NCBI RefSeq assembly: GCF_052425735.1
Contig: NC_135761.1
Coordinates: 38,812,001 to 38,876,000 of the forward strand
DNA length: 64,000 nucleotides
Origin: Oculina patagonica
Taxonomy: Eukaryota
Direction of reading: 5' to 3'
Below the pieces are notes generated by a model that worked only from the letters and a program-made list of their open reading frames with translations, had not been told where the DNA came from and did no database searches. Positions 11,858 through 24,879 of the stretch are shown piece after piece; positions within the stretch are counted from its first letter, which is position 1; each line of letters opens with the position of its first letter. Both the position numbers and the translations under genes were made by a program.

Positions 11858-13296
11858 CCCTTTGTGTTTGTCAAAACATGCTGTTTACAGAATTTACAGG
11901 GAAGAGATGGGTACCAGACCAACAATATGCAAGTTGACGTTCTTGTACGACTTATGGAAAAAATAATTTCCCAATGTCGTCATCCCTCCAGTAAGTACAA
12001 TGATCTTTATTGTTTTTTTTTTCACCTTGTTCATTATCAATATAAATTATGAAAATTATCAGGATTAAAATCAAGGTCCACAACATTTTCAACATCAGAT
12101 AAACTGCTTTTGACATCCGCATAAGATCATTGAATCCATTTTGTACCATGACAGTTTGCCTTTTTCCTTTCCTTTCTTATGGCTTTAATAGCTTTAAGAT
12201 GAAAGAGCATTTTCAAGGCATAACTTGCATTGCTCCAGTTCTTCCAAGCTCCTTTGAAAAAATCAGTGATGTACGCAAGAGAATAGGTTTCAAGTCCACC
12301 TACCACAATCAGTTGTCAAATTGCATGGGGATACCACCATGAGGGTCACCACCATGAAAGTTAGATTTTCACATTATCAACAGTCAGCACATGAAGACAC
12401 TTAGTGTGCATCCAGTTCTAGGGTAAAAAAAGTGAAAGTCCTCTTCGGCGATAGTGGGAGCCGTAAAACTCCTTCCAGTTGGGGAAGACACTCCAAGTTG
12501 CTATAAGCTGCAGGAGAAGTCAAGTAATCATCTGGAGGAAATGGGATATGTCTGTTGAGGAGACGTCGAATTGGACTCATCCACCTCTGAGGCAGTAGTT
12601 GAAGACCATGTTGATGAAACTTAACTTCCCTATGATTTTTATGAAATAGAAGATGTGCTGGAAAAACGTCTTTGCCATAAAACCCCTGCATATGAATTCA
12701 AAGGTTATTCATCAGAAGATGACATGTGGCTTCAAGCTTCGTACTGTACTTTAACAGGGCAATCAAAAGAAAAGAACCCTTTTGAAGAAGAAGTGACACA
12801 TGCCCTTTTGGACAGGTGGAATCTTGAAAGTAGCTTCCTTCATCCTATGGCAATTACAGAATCACATCACAAGAACTTTCACTTTTGGTGGGGAAAGATA
12901 CCTATCAGAAGGTTTTACCGTCCTTTCGAATGCTTAGGAAATTCATTTTGTTCCGACCAGGATGACGAGAATGAAGACAGCAGCTGTTTACCCACCTCTG
13001 GAGGTCCAGCGATTTCAGGTAAGGCAACAATTTATCAGTATTAACAAGTGCTAGATCTAAACAGGTTTGTTAGTACTTTCTGCATGGAAACATTCTATCC
13101 CACGTGTTAATTATAATCTTTCTACTGCACTGTTTTCAGATGAATTGCTGCCAATTTGTCAGGATCTAGGGATTGAGCAACCCCTCATTCAGGAATTGGC
13201 AGACCTTGATTATGATGAACGGCAAAATGTGGAAGCGCCTTTGCCCAACTCCGGGACAAACCTATCACGATTGCCCAAAAGTTACCATGCCTGGAA

Positions 13297-13489
13297 GGTC
13301 TCAGTATCTGCTACCAGAGCAGCATTGTTATCACAGATGACACAGCACTCTGCCACCATGGAAACAACTGCAAAAAGAAAATTTTCTTCAAACCAGAGCC
13401 AAAGGGAGGTTCCCTGGAAGGAAAGGTTTGGGAAATTTCAGGTTACTTGTTCTGTACTTGGATCAAACCTCTGCAGACATCTCCCATTT
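13297..13489 (+). repeat. Second copy of part of the PIN-like nuclease relic (paralog of 2472-2678)
   Basis: Direct sequence match with small indels. Confidence 0.85.
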
Positions 13490-13853
13490 CGGTATTACTA
13501 ACAATAAAAGTTAAATTTACATTGGGCAAAAAAGCTCACTTGTTTCAAAACTAAATTCCCCCAACATTTATGGTGGACGTGAATCTAGGATTTTGTTGAA
13601 GTTCGGAATAAAGGGTAAATGAAATCTTTTTTTGACATACACAGTAAATCATGTTTGGATTTATTTAAACATTGTGTGGTTAACACAAAGACATACCAGA
13701 ATTTCTATGAAATCTGCTCTAGGTGAAGCTAACCTAGTCAGTTTATCCCAAAATGAGGCTGATGATGACATTATGATAATGAACTGTAGTCTGGTCATTA
13801 CCCTACATCTTGTTTATCTATGTCAAATATATGTAAAATGTTTTTCAAGTTCT

Positions 13854-16630
13854 GTTGTGCAGTATGCTTCATTTCGTCTGAATAAAGTGCGTTTTATGCT
13901 GATTTTGTTTGTTTATTAATTTATTGCTCTCAAGCGTGACGAGTACCAGAGGTGGGATGGGGGACTCTGGTTTTTGGTGGTGACTATGTCTCAAACATTC
14001 TCCAAATTACAAATGGAATGTAAACGAGAAGGCTAATTTGTCTTCTCACTGAAATTTTCCTGGGAAAACGGTATTTCTTGAAAGGTAAAATTCCCAAAGA
14101 GAATTTCCAATTGGAAAGTGCGTTTACCATTTGCTTCATCCACCACTTCCAAGTTACTCAGCTCAGTTTCAGACGTGCCAAGGAAATTGCAGTAAATGGA
14201 ACAGCCAAAATCTTATTTGGGATACCCCTTCATGGTTTTTGCTTACCATTTGCCTTAACTGTGAACCAAACGGTCTTAAGTGTAAATGATAAGCAACCTA
14301 CATCTGCTCTAGAACTAACACCACTTCTAGAAATATTTAAATAGGATGAATTTAAATTTTAGTTAAAATGGGGTGGCGACCAGGATGGTATCACATTGAG
14401 GTAAGATAATGATTCCATAGATATTATGTACACCAAGGAACCTAGGGCTATTTACACTGAAGATGTGAGTGCTGCCATTTCATCTGGAAGCATCACTCTT
14501 CTAATTTCAATAGCACAATCTGTATTCAGTGCGCTTTTTACTGCTAGGATTTTCATCATAATGTCAGCTACATGAACTATTTTAAAGGCAAACATCAAGA
14601 CTATAACTCTGTCATTTTCGTTTGGTTAATCTGCTTTACTAATGGAACTGACTGGCGACGTCAGTCCATAATTCTTGTACTTAGACACTATGACCTTCTG
14701 TAAATGTTAAAATGAACAACTGAACCTTGAAACAGAGACTGGTTTTCAGGTTCTGACTGGTAAAGACTGTGTCTGTCGAGCAGCTGGGTTGAATTTTGCC
14801 TTCAATCAGATATTTCAACATCAGTAGAGACAGTTTGCCTGTGTAATATATTACAAAGAGACAAAGAGAAATATCTCCGAAAGAGGAAAACAGTGCTTTC
14901 AAAAGAACCATCAAAGTTGTTGCCATTTCTTTGGCAAAAGATGGATTCACTCTTAAGCCTGAATTTCAAGCACGTCTTTTTCACTTGAGGCATTGCGTGC
15001 ATCTCTATGTAGTCAGTTTTGCTTACTAAACACAAAAGTGCGTCTTAATCACTTGAGGCATTGCGCGTGACTCTACAGAGTAATTTTTGTTTAATAAACA
15101 CGAAAGCACGTCTTTTCCACTTGAGGCATAGCGCCGGCCTCTATAAGGTCATCTTTGTTTAATAATACAAGAGCGCGCCTTTTTCACTTTAGTTCGTCAA
15201 CAATTAATTAAAACTATGTAGTGAGAAATTTAATGTCACATGTTTTTTCGTAGACTCATAACACAACAGAGAAACTCGAAAGCATGAGTATCGTTTATTA
15301 GTTTTGATATTTTATGGGTAGATTTTTCTTTTGTATCGAAATAAATAACGGCATATCTTTTTTGTAGGAAAGCTACCTAACAAGTGCGACACCGATAATG
15401 TTCTAAGAGACTGGGAGGAGTCTTGTTGTAAAGATAACTGCATACAGCAACTTCCATTGAGTTTGCTTGTTGAAAAAAGAAAGATTTATTGGGGAAAAAT
15501 GCCAAGCGCATGGAACGAGTTCCTCACAAACAGCATATCGGCATTCAGGGTAAGTTACTCAGTATTGGTATNNNNNNNNNNNNNNNNNNNNNNNNNNNNN
15601 NNNNNNNNNNNNNNNNNNNNNNNNNNNNNNNNNNNNNNNNNNNNNNNNNNNNNNNNNNNNNNNNNNNNNNNNNNNNNNNNNNNNNNNNNNNNNNNNNNNN
15701 NNNNNNNNNNNNNNNNNNNNNNNNACGGATAGATAGATATTCCTTCCATGTATTTATAACAAGCATGTTCAATTACTTCCTCTCAATTTGTTATTCAATG
15801 CCGCGCCAGGTCTTGGACGCTGATATACTGTACTCTGGAAGAAGCCCGTCACAAAAAGAACATTTCGTGAATGGGGTGAATCTTTGCACTTAAGCCTGGT
15901 GTAAACTTTATGGCATAAGTAAATCGAGGTACGTTCCTTTAACTTGATGGCTTTGTGGTACAATCGCCACTTATGTTTGGTACCGGTAACTAGCTAATTT
16001 TCTTTCCTTTTTCCACTCTTGACCTTCAGTTACTTCGAAAGCTTAAAACAACTCAAGAATGGAGAGAGAGTAGAAGAAAAGCCAGGCCACCGGAAAAGTT
16101 TTGTGTTCGACCGCGCTTTCCATTGGTTTAATCGTTTTGTAAGGAATGCCGAGCCAATGCCTAACTTGGACACAAGGCAGCTGCCTTTGTGTTTGTCAAA
16201 ACATGCTGTACAGAATTTAAAGGGAAGAGATGGGTACCAGACCAACAATATGCAAGTTGACGTTCTTGTACGACTTATGGAAAAAAGAATTTCCCAATGT
16301 CGTCATCCTTCCAGTAAGTACAATGATCTTTATTGTGTGTTTTTTTCAGCTTGTTCATTATCAATATAAATTATGAAAATTATCAGGATCAAAATCAAGG
16401 TCCACAACATTGTCAACATCAGATAAACTGCTTTTTTTGACATCCGCATAGGATCATTGAATCCATTTTGTACCATGACAGTTTGCCTTTTTTTCTTTCC
16501 TTTCTTAAGGCTTTAATAGCTTTAAGATGAAAGAACATTTAAAGGTTTTTTTTCCCATCAATCCACGAATTAGTAACAACGCTTTAATCACGCTCAAGGC
16601 ATAACTTGCATTGCTCCAGTTCTACCAAGC
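13854..16630 (+). repeat. Segmental duplication copy B, containing degenerate exons of an uncharacterised TE-like protein
   Basis: See copy A. Relic peptides ..CCKDNC.., HWFNRFVRNAEPMPNLDTRQLPLCLSKHAV and LYDLWKKEFPNVVI, followed by a GTAAGT donor. Confidence 0.8.
15572..15724. other. Assembly gap (N run), positionally matching the (GACA)n microsatellite of copy A
   Basis: N bases; flanks align to ~8100 and ~8170. Confidence 0.95.
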
Positions 16631-17278
16631 CCTTAAATGTGTTTCTAAAATTGGCAAGCGTAAAATAAAAGAAAAAAGTAAAGAACAACTCCATCAGGCT
16701 TAGAGCAGTTTTTTTTAGTTATGTATAAGTAATGATGTAAGTGCAAAGGCTGTTGAACTCAGCAAGCGATACTTGATACTTGCAGCCAACTATGATAAAT
16801 ACCACCCGTTTACTAACTGCTTAAAAACAAGTTCCTTAAAGCCTGAATGCGAATTTTACTGTTTTACTTTTGTTTTTTACTGTTATTTTGCATTTCAGAC
16901 CAAGCAGCTTTTTCTCCCAAAGGCATCAATGAAATCTTTACTTCCTGAAATCTTTACTTTATGTTTGGATTTTAAGTCAGCGAGGCCCTCCAGTTCATTG
17001 GATTATCCTAGTAAGAACAAGGGCTCAGAAGATTTGTTTCTTCACAGAAGAAAGGATGTATTGAGAGATACACCTTTCCAGGTGCTGGGCGAATTTCAGT
17101 TTGCATTCATATTCCATGGATGCAGTTTCCTCCCAAAATGCTTCAGAGCATGGATCAAGGTAAGTATAAGACAATAAGTATAATTATTACGCTTTAAAAC
17201 TCAGGTATTATCTATTCTGTGAGCTGAAACTAATTAAGAATATTCTGTCATATGTATAGCGTGATAGCTGAACAGCCT

Positions 17279-17880
17279 GGGCCTGGTTGTTCAAACGGCG
17301 GATAACTTTATCCACTGGATAAGCCTATAGCTATCCAGCGGATAAAAAGTTGTTGCACAAACCCTGGATAGCGCTGCGGATAACTATCCGACGGATAAAT
17401 CGCTATCCAACACGTTGCTTTGGTGATTCTAGGCTTGCATGAACTGCTCACGCATTGTTTGCGGGAAAAACCAACAAAATGGCTGAAAACGTTGATCCCT
17501 CTCCCACAAAACGGCCAAGAATGCCGAATTTCAAGGCCGCAGAGTGTACATTACTGCATGAGGTGGCGGAGCAGCACCTTAACGTTATAAAAAGCAAATT
17601 TTCGTCCACCATTACAAACAAAAACAAAACAAAGGTGTGGGAAGAAATGACAGAGCAGGTTAATTCACTTGGCGTGTGTAAGCGGACCGCACAAGAAGTC
17701 AAGGAAAAGGGGAGAGGAATGGTTAGCACGGCAAAAAAAGAGCACAACAATTGTGCTGCTGCAAAGAAGAAGACCGGTGGGGGCAAACAGCCCAACTCTC
17801 CGAAGGGTACCACTGAAACTCATTGAAATATTTGGCGAGGACCCGTCATTTTCCGCTATCTCTGGGGGTATTGACTGTTT
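17279..17880 (+). mobile_element. PIF/Harbinger element 5' end with Myb/SANT-like accessory ORF
   Basis: Terminus GGGCCTGGTTGTTCAAA followed by multiple GGATAA/TATCC subterminal motifs (17299-17410) and a Myb/SANT-like ORF. Confidence 0.7.
17479..17826 (+). pseudogene. Myb/SANT-like DNA-binding protein (NAIF1/MSANTD4-like, Harbinger ORF2), truncated
   Basis: KRPRMPNFKAAECTLL..HLNVIKSKFSSTITNKNKTKVWEEMTEQVNSLGVCKRTAQEVKEK; the conserved second W is replaced by G and a frameshift follows near 17815. Confidence 0.8.
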
Positions 17881-18489
17881 ACAATACTGCTTTTTGGTAC
17901 AGAACATTAATGACCTTATACTTGTTGAATAGAGTTTTAAATGATCAGTTTCTTCTTTAAAAAAAAATTATAACCCAATTGCAGACTTGACCATGTAAAG
18001 AACGATTTGGAGATTGAAAGTTCTTATTGATCTTAATGGATCAACACGAAATTAAGAAACAATAGCCATTGTTTGTTTGGTTAAGTGATTGGCAAAAAAC
18101 CAAAATCTCCTAGCAACAGTAAAGTTTTTTCTATCCAGTGATATTAATATTTCGCTGTAACACCAAATGCAAATTAAATTACCATCCAGGACTTCTCGTT
18201 TCAACAAAAGCTTGGTTACCCATGTGCTGTAAACTGATTCGAACAACGAAAGTAAAAAACATGAAGTTTTAGCCAATCCAGGGCAGCACATAAATGGCAG
18301 TCAATATTGGCCATTTCCTGCAACAAGCACCTCGTTTATCATTCATCTGAGCAGCAATTAAGCCAACCAGGAGGTACACAGCCTGCACTCAATACAAATC
18401 ACTTTACTAACACGGTACCACAGCGCACATAATCACCAATTTCACATGCAACAGGCATGCCATCTCCTCAGTTTCCAGCCGTGAGTGAT

Positions 18490-20330
18490 TCCGATGTGCT
18501 TTCCACGGGAAATAAAAAAGGAAAAAAGCTTGTGTTAAGTCTGCTGACTGGACGGAAAGAAAAAACAAAGATCTTTTAGAAGCTTGGGGATCAAGATACA
18601 GTAAGCTACGCTTCTATAAGAGAGAAAATCAAAATCTGGAACAACGTCTATTATTTGTACAAAGAATGTTACCCAGAAAGCCAAACCCTTCAGCAGGTCA
18701 AGAAGTACCAACAGAATTTAGAGTATGAATATAAGCAGTCAAAACAGCCATCTTGTTCAACTGGAGAAGCTGAAATTAAGAGAATCAAAGATGGCTTCCT
18801 ATATTTTGACATTTTTGATGAAGTGATGGGACTATGTATTGCATGAAGGAAATAAGGATAATATATTTATTTCTGGGTCTGCACATTATGAATTATGTAA
18901 AAGCTATCTCATCCTATAAGTAGTACAATGTATACAATGTGAGATAGAATGTTCATTACAGAAAGGAGGTATAGTGATTATTTCTTTTTTTCAAGGAGTT
19001 ACTGATGAAACAGCATCTGAAAGCATAAATGAAGAAGTATTGAATATTGGAGGATCTAGTGATCCAGATACAAGTATGCATTTTGATTATATTTTGCGTA
19101 TTTTGGAAATTTATAAATGTCAAAATGACTTGAAATTTAATGTTATGCACCTATCAATGTTAAGCCCGAGGGGGGGGGGGGTGTCGGGCTAACCATGGGA
19201 ATTTGATCGTGAGGTAGGTCCCCAGGGTAGGGATTTTGATCGTACATGATGGCCCCAGGGTAGGGATTTTGGTCATTTATAGAAGGTTTGAAGGACATCT
19301 GACCACCTTCATGGGGATTTTGACCAATTATTTTGTCCCGGGGGTGGGGAATTTGACATTTTTTTATAGAAAATGTCAAAATCCCCACCCCTTGCCCGAC
19401 CCCCCCCCCCTCGGGCTTAACATTGATAGGTGCATTATTTTTTCAGAAAGTACTGTGAAAGAGTCATCTAATTCTGGGGCTGGAAGTAGTACAATGGAAA
19501 CTGGCATGTATGAGTAAGTTTACTGGTTGAAATGAAAATGTTCAAAATGTATATATGGACCATAGTAAAACTTTTATCATAGTAATCGTAGCTTTAAGTT
19601 AACCGTGGAAAGTAAATCATGCTCACTTTGGGTTTGTGTATTCAACCTATACCAAGCGGAACCAGAGATTCCAGGTACCATTTTAAACATTACTTTTTAA
19701 GCCATAATACTTAAATCAAGGCATCACTGGTGGCAACATGCACGTAGGGCTCAACCAGTGGTACCAATTACATTAAAACATGTGGTTTAATAACTTTTTC
19801 TGCCCTTGCTTGTTTGCCATTTTTAATTTGAACTACAAACTGCCCCAGCTCCTCTCGGCTTAGCATTAAAGCACTGGGCTCAGTGCACTTTTTTAACCCC
19901 AATTTTGTTTTTTTTTACTCTCTACTTGTTATCCTTGCATACCTTATGAGTCCCTGATAAGACACAGTACGCAAATGTTGACACATTTCATGATTGTCTT
20001 GATTGTGAGCTCACTTGGTTGGGTAAATAAGCTAGTTAGTATAAATAGAGGAGATCCTGATACGAGCATACACTGATCAATTCATCCATGCAGCTCACAC
20101 TAGTGCAGGAAAGGAACTGCAGGCAAGCTTTGGCTCTTATATTTGAAGAAAAAGAAGACGCCCTACTTGTGTCTGCCTCGATGAGCATTGAGAAAGAAGA
20201 AGAAGAGGGGAGAAGACGACAAAAAATAATCAATATCAAAAGACGCCGAGCACATACCAATAGACTCCGAGCAGAAGTTAAAAGACTTGAAAAGAAAAAT
20301 TGAAAAAGAACTCAAAGAACTAATGTAAAG
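18490..20330 (+). pseudogene. Degenerate multi-exon trihelix (Myb/SANT-like) gene with acidic and coiled-coil exons, probably Harbinger-derived
   Basis: WT..K.KDLLEAWG, KIKIWNNVY..YKECYPE..TLQQVKKYQQNLEYEYKQ..STGE..F.YFDIFDEVMG. Downstream exon-like stretches at ~18995-19072, ~19447-19512 and ~20040-20303. Confidence 0.55.
19146..19434. mobile_element. MITE with ~38-bp TIRs and TTA TSD (PIF/Harbinger-like)
   Basis: TTA|TGCACCTATCAATGTTAAGCCCGAGGGGG ... CCCCCTCGGGCTTAACATTGATAGGTGCA|TTA. Confidence 0.88.
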
Positions 20331-22310
20331 AGTTTTATTTCTATTTTTTCATGGTTAAAATTTTTTTTTATCTACTCCCCTACAATGTGTAACAAGTACC
20401 ATTTCTGATTCCAGCTTGTATAATTTTCAAAGAACAAAACTTGTAAAGTAAACCGAATTATTTTTGCTTTTACTCAACAGTTGAATAGCATGAGTCTCTA
20501 CAATTCTAAATTTCAAATGCATTTGTATCAGTCAAAACGAACTTTTTTCTAGATGTGTCCATTTTAACCCGAACTTGAAAAGTTCCCAATGTACTTGTAC
20601 TGACTTCATGAAGCCACTCCATTTTCAGTACACATTACGAGTCTTGTTTCTCGCTATTTGCTGAGATCCTTCAGAGTATGCATTTCCATAGAAATAAATA
20701 AAGAATAATAATAAACTAAAACATTTTTAACCTTTCTCTCCCTAACCCAATTTTTATTTTTTTTTTTCCCCCTCTTCTTTTACCACCTAAAGATAAATAA
20801 AAAATTTTTGCTCCGGAACAACTTCAGAACTTCACAACAATCAGCCATTAATAGAAAGCGAAGGCTCACAACTGGAAAAGAGGGCAATTCAGGAAAGAAA
20901 GCTTGTAACAACATTTTAAACTATTTTTCAGCCAACGTTGATTTGTATTTGTTGCTCACTGAAAGCAGTCATGTTAAATAAAATTAATTGATACTTGTGT
21001 AAACCTTAGGCAAAGGGACGTTAAACTCTTCAAACAGTGCATTGCAATGTAGTTGTCATTTATTTAAAACAATCTTTCCCCTTGTATGTAATTTCAACTC
21101 GTACTGCATAGGACAGTTTCACATAAAGGTAGCAAAGTTCTTTGGTAGGTGCAGAGAAAATTTGAGTCCAGCCCTTTTCTTCAGAGAATACACCATATTT
21201 TCTTTTTGAAATTTGAAATCAGATTATCTCAAAATGGCCGTCCACTGTCCATATCTGTGTTCTTTTTTGGTGAAAAGTGTACGTCAAGAAATGGAGGAGG
21301 AATTTAATAATTCGGATATTAGTTAAAATATTGAGAAAGAGATACGAGGTGTCAACCTTAAACAGTCAAGGTTTTTTTATTATTTACAGTAGGTGGAGCA
21401 AAAATGATATCTCTGTGTGAATATCAAATGATATCTTTAGATGTGAAGATAACAAATTTTTGCACAAAAGCTTACCTCACATTTCAATGTTATTGATATA
21501 AACAGATGAGTTATCAAATTTTCATTTGCAGATAATAGAAGACGAAAAAACAGCAGGCAAAACAGCAGTAGGGGTGAGTGTCTAATTAAACAGGCAGCCA
21601 GTGTTTCGCCAGATGTTGGTCTTTTCGCGTTGATTGCAAAATTTGGTATGGCATTAACTACAGAAGTAGTTAATGTTGCATCGTTGCTTTTACTGCTGCC
21701 ATTGGAGGTCGCTTTGTAGGTCTTGCTTGCGGCCAAGAAGTTGATACCATTTTCCAGTGCCTCGAAAGACTCTCAGCTGCCTTTCTGTTCGATCTGGGCA
21801 GTGAGTTCTACATGTTCACACCTCCGTGTGGCACATGCCCTTTAGGTAAAAAATGATCTAACAATCCTGTGATGTACTTTTTTCATCTTTGTGGCCACAG
21901 CAGAGGAGTTAGATTGAGTTCAAAATGCAACAGGTGTGGCATTTTATATGGATACAGCAAATATGGCAACTTGGGTTCAGGTTGGAAACTTTACCCAATG
22001 CTGAGAGATGCTGTAGAAGCAAGGGATGTTTGCTTTGTCCAACGATCTCTCCTGAGGTGGCAGATTTCTTTGGCATGAGTATTATTTAAAATGTTGTTGT
22101 TGTTTTTTCTCGATATAATTTTTATTCGTGAGAGTATGTTCATGACTGTCTTCTCATTATTTTTTATATTCTTCTCTAGGTGTCATTGTTGGGTTTCCTT
22201 TAGTGGGTTCTCAGTTTGTAGACTTGGCAAGGACTCGTAAAGTAAAGAGCAACCCTGTCAGTCTTAGAGCAGATTTTTGGAGTTGAATGCAAGTATCAAG
22301 TGTTGTTTGC

Positions 22311-22755
22311 TACTAATCAAAACTATAACAAAATTCTCGATCGGTGATTGGTTATCAGCAGCCCGATTTGAGCACTAATAGGACAGTGTACGCGTCATGC
22401 TTGTAATTGGACAGTGTAATAGGACAGTTTACGCGTCATGCCTGTGTAATTGGACAGTACGCGTCATTTTGCGTGCGCTGTTGTTGTGCATTTTGTTGAG
22501 TAAACTGTTATGTTTTTCAATATTTTTAAAGGCGTTACCATTTAACCATTTAACCGAAGATAAGTTTAATGTGTTTCTCAAATTTTGTCATAGTTTTGAT
22601 TAATTGGTAACTGAACTTTGTGTCATCCAATTCTGTCTGTAATCGTACTCGTGATTAAACAAGTCGGACTCCTGCTTCGCGGTCGTCCGATTTTGTTAAT
22701 CACTCATATGATTACATACGAATTGGACTCCACTCAGTCCTATTACCATTATTAA
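22311..22755 (+). mobile_element. Non-autonomous hairpin-ended element with the same architecture as the Crypton-like element at 30133-32184
   Basis: Left 22-bp IR (22314-22335) pairs 21/22 with subterminal 22581-22602. TGATTGGTT motif at ~22345. A ~150-nt terminal hairpin 22603-22750 has a TTC loop at 22676-22678 and TC/TC internal loops. Ends are TACTAA and TATTAA. Confidence 0.8.
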
Positions 22756-24879
22756 CAACAAGGTTTACTAACTGCTAAAAAACAAGTGCCTTGAGCCTGA
22801 ATGTGAATTTTCTGAAACCCATGAGCTACCAAATGAGCGTAAAGAGGATGATCCCAGACTACCGCCAAGTTATGTTGCTGATGCTTCATGTGAAGAGCAC
22901 CTGAGATTACATCTATGTTGCCTGTGATTACACCAGCTGAACAGTGTAAATCGTCCAATGAAATAGGCCTCAGATCAAAATTTTACAACATCCTGGCTGG
23001 AGAAATTTGTAGCTAGATTTACAAATAACTAAGGCCCAGTTCATAGATCTCAGATCCCAAGTTGCAGCTTTAAAGCTTTGTTAATTTAGTTTCAAACAAT
23101 GAAATGAAAGCACCAAATGTTATACTCATGGTTTCCCAAGTTACAATATCTTGTAACATTTTAAATGTACGAGCTTTGATTGGACAACATGATGTATTTA
23201 GACCAATCCCGTGCAAGAAAAATATTAGCCGTGGATAGATTACAGATACCAAAACTTTGTAGTCATAATCCCGCCAAGAAAATTAATATTTATAACAAAT
23301 TTAAAAAGTCTATTGCTATTACAATCACAAGCTGCGCTTATGACACTCATTATTAAACAATAACACTTTATTCATCCAATGGAATTAGTGGAATTTGGAT
23401 ACGTGTGATTTGAAGTGCCACATATAAAAGAAACTACAGCAAAAATTTTCACAATTTTCAGACAACTGTGCAAAAACAAACAAATCTTTTTCCAAAGCAC
23501 TATGTTCCCGAAAGAAAAAAGAACTGGTATCGCGCCAACTCTTTTGCTAATTGGAAAGGAGCTCATTTTCAACAAGAAACAACTTGTCCATGTCAACTGG
23601 GAAGGAAAAATAGTTCTAGCAGAGATCCTTGCCTTACTAGAAAGTTTTAATCGTGTGTTTTAAATGATGTTTAGAGTCAGTGTTATTTTCTTATGCACAA
23701 CTGTAGAAAGTTACATTTATTACGATTTCTTTTTATCCCTCACAAGTTTTGTACATGATAAACAAGCACTGTCCCAAAAAGACCTGGCGTGCGTTTCTCA
23801 AAGTCCCTTAAACTTCTTGGACTCGAAACTTTTCGGTGCTGTTTTTGGGCACGTTTTTTGGGTTGGAAAAGCATTTCTCAAAGGATCCAAAAGTGTCCAG
23901 TATTTTTCGGGTCGGTCTTGCTGTGGTCACATGCTCTAGAACATTGAAGCTCAATGTTCGCAAGCAATAATGCTGTAGTTATTTAAGGTTGTTCTAGCAC
24001 AGTTTACTGAAGAGATGAATGAAGCCCTGATCCAATAATATCAAAAATACCAAGTATGTGCAGGTCCTTAAACAGCCATTCTGAATGCTCAGGCTTATAA
24101 CAACTTGATTATTTCCCTCTGTCCATAAAGAGTAAGGAGCCAACAATGTGCCAAGGCCAGAGATAAATGCGAAATCAGCAATAATTTTATTTTCTTTCAA
24201 CAAATTTGGCATTTTTTGGCAAAATTTACAATGAAAAATTCTTTATTAAAAGACTACTGTGATAATTATCTATAGGTCAAAACTATTTACAATAAACGGT
24301 TCTATGATACAGTCATTAAAATATATAGAAAATGAATAAAAGCTGAGAAGCGTTTAAAATTGGAACAAGAATCTAACACAAATAAACCAGCCAAATTTCC
24401 ATAATCTAAACTTCTTTTGTTTGATCCACGATCCACGAACTTCAAAATTAGGCAGAGTCCAGAATCCGAGCTAAGAATGAATCCTGGTAATTTTCCACGG
24501 AAGCCCAAAATCCATGTGATATTAGAAACCTTATCCGACTATCTCTGAACCTGTTCAACACCACCGTAATTAACAATGCAGGCATCTTCTTTCTAATCTA
24601 ATCATTGATAGGTTGCGTTTTTTTGTTACTCTTTCAGCATGGGAAGACACGAGAGTATTGTCATACAAGTGTTTGAACCCATTTACGGATTTAAGGTAGA
24701 TATGTATGTGCGTTGTTTCCTTTCAACTTGTTTCTTCCATACTAAAAATACATCATAAGTGCAAATCCAAGTTAATAAAAAATAAAAATTAGCTTTAAAA
24801 TGCCTTCCAAAACAAATGAGTCTTTTATAGATACTTTTAAGCATGCTTAAATATTTAAATTTATTTGCACTACATTCCA

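Larger units (their letters stand above)
6451..12250 (+). repeat. Segmental duplication copy A (paralog of 13854-16630), interrupted by later insertions
   Basis: Colinear high-identity blocks: 6451-8103 with 13854-15571, 8600-8900 with 15740-16037, 11418-11555 with 16035-16180, and 11858-12250 with 16185-16630. Confidence 0.9.

Noticed and set aside
15457-15893. ORFs spanning the N run (also 61346-61570)
   Set aside because: They are open only because of ambiguous bases.
21437-24600. Scattered short ORFs as host exons
   Set aside because: No recognisable domain or consistent splice pattern could be supported by eye.
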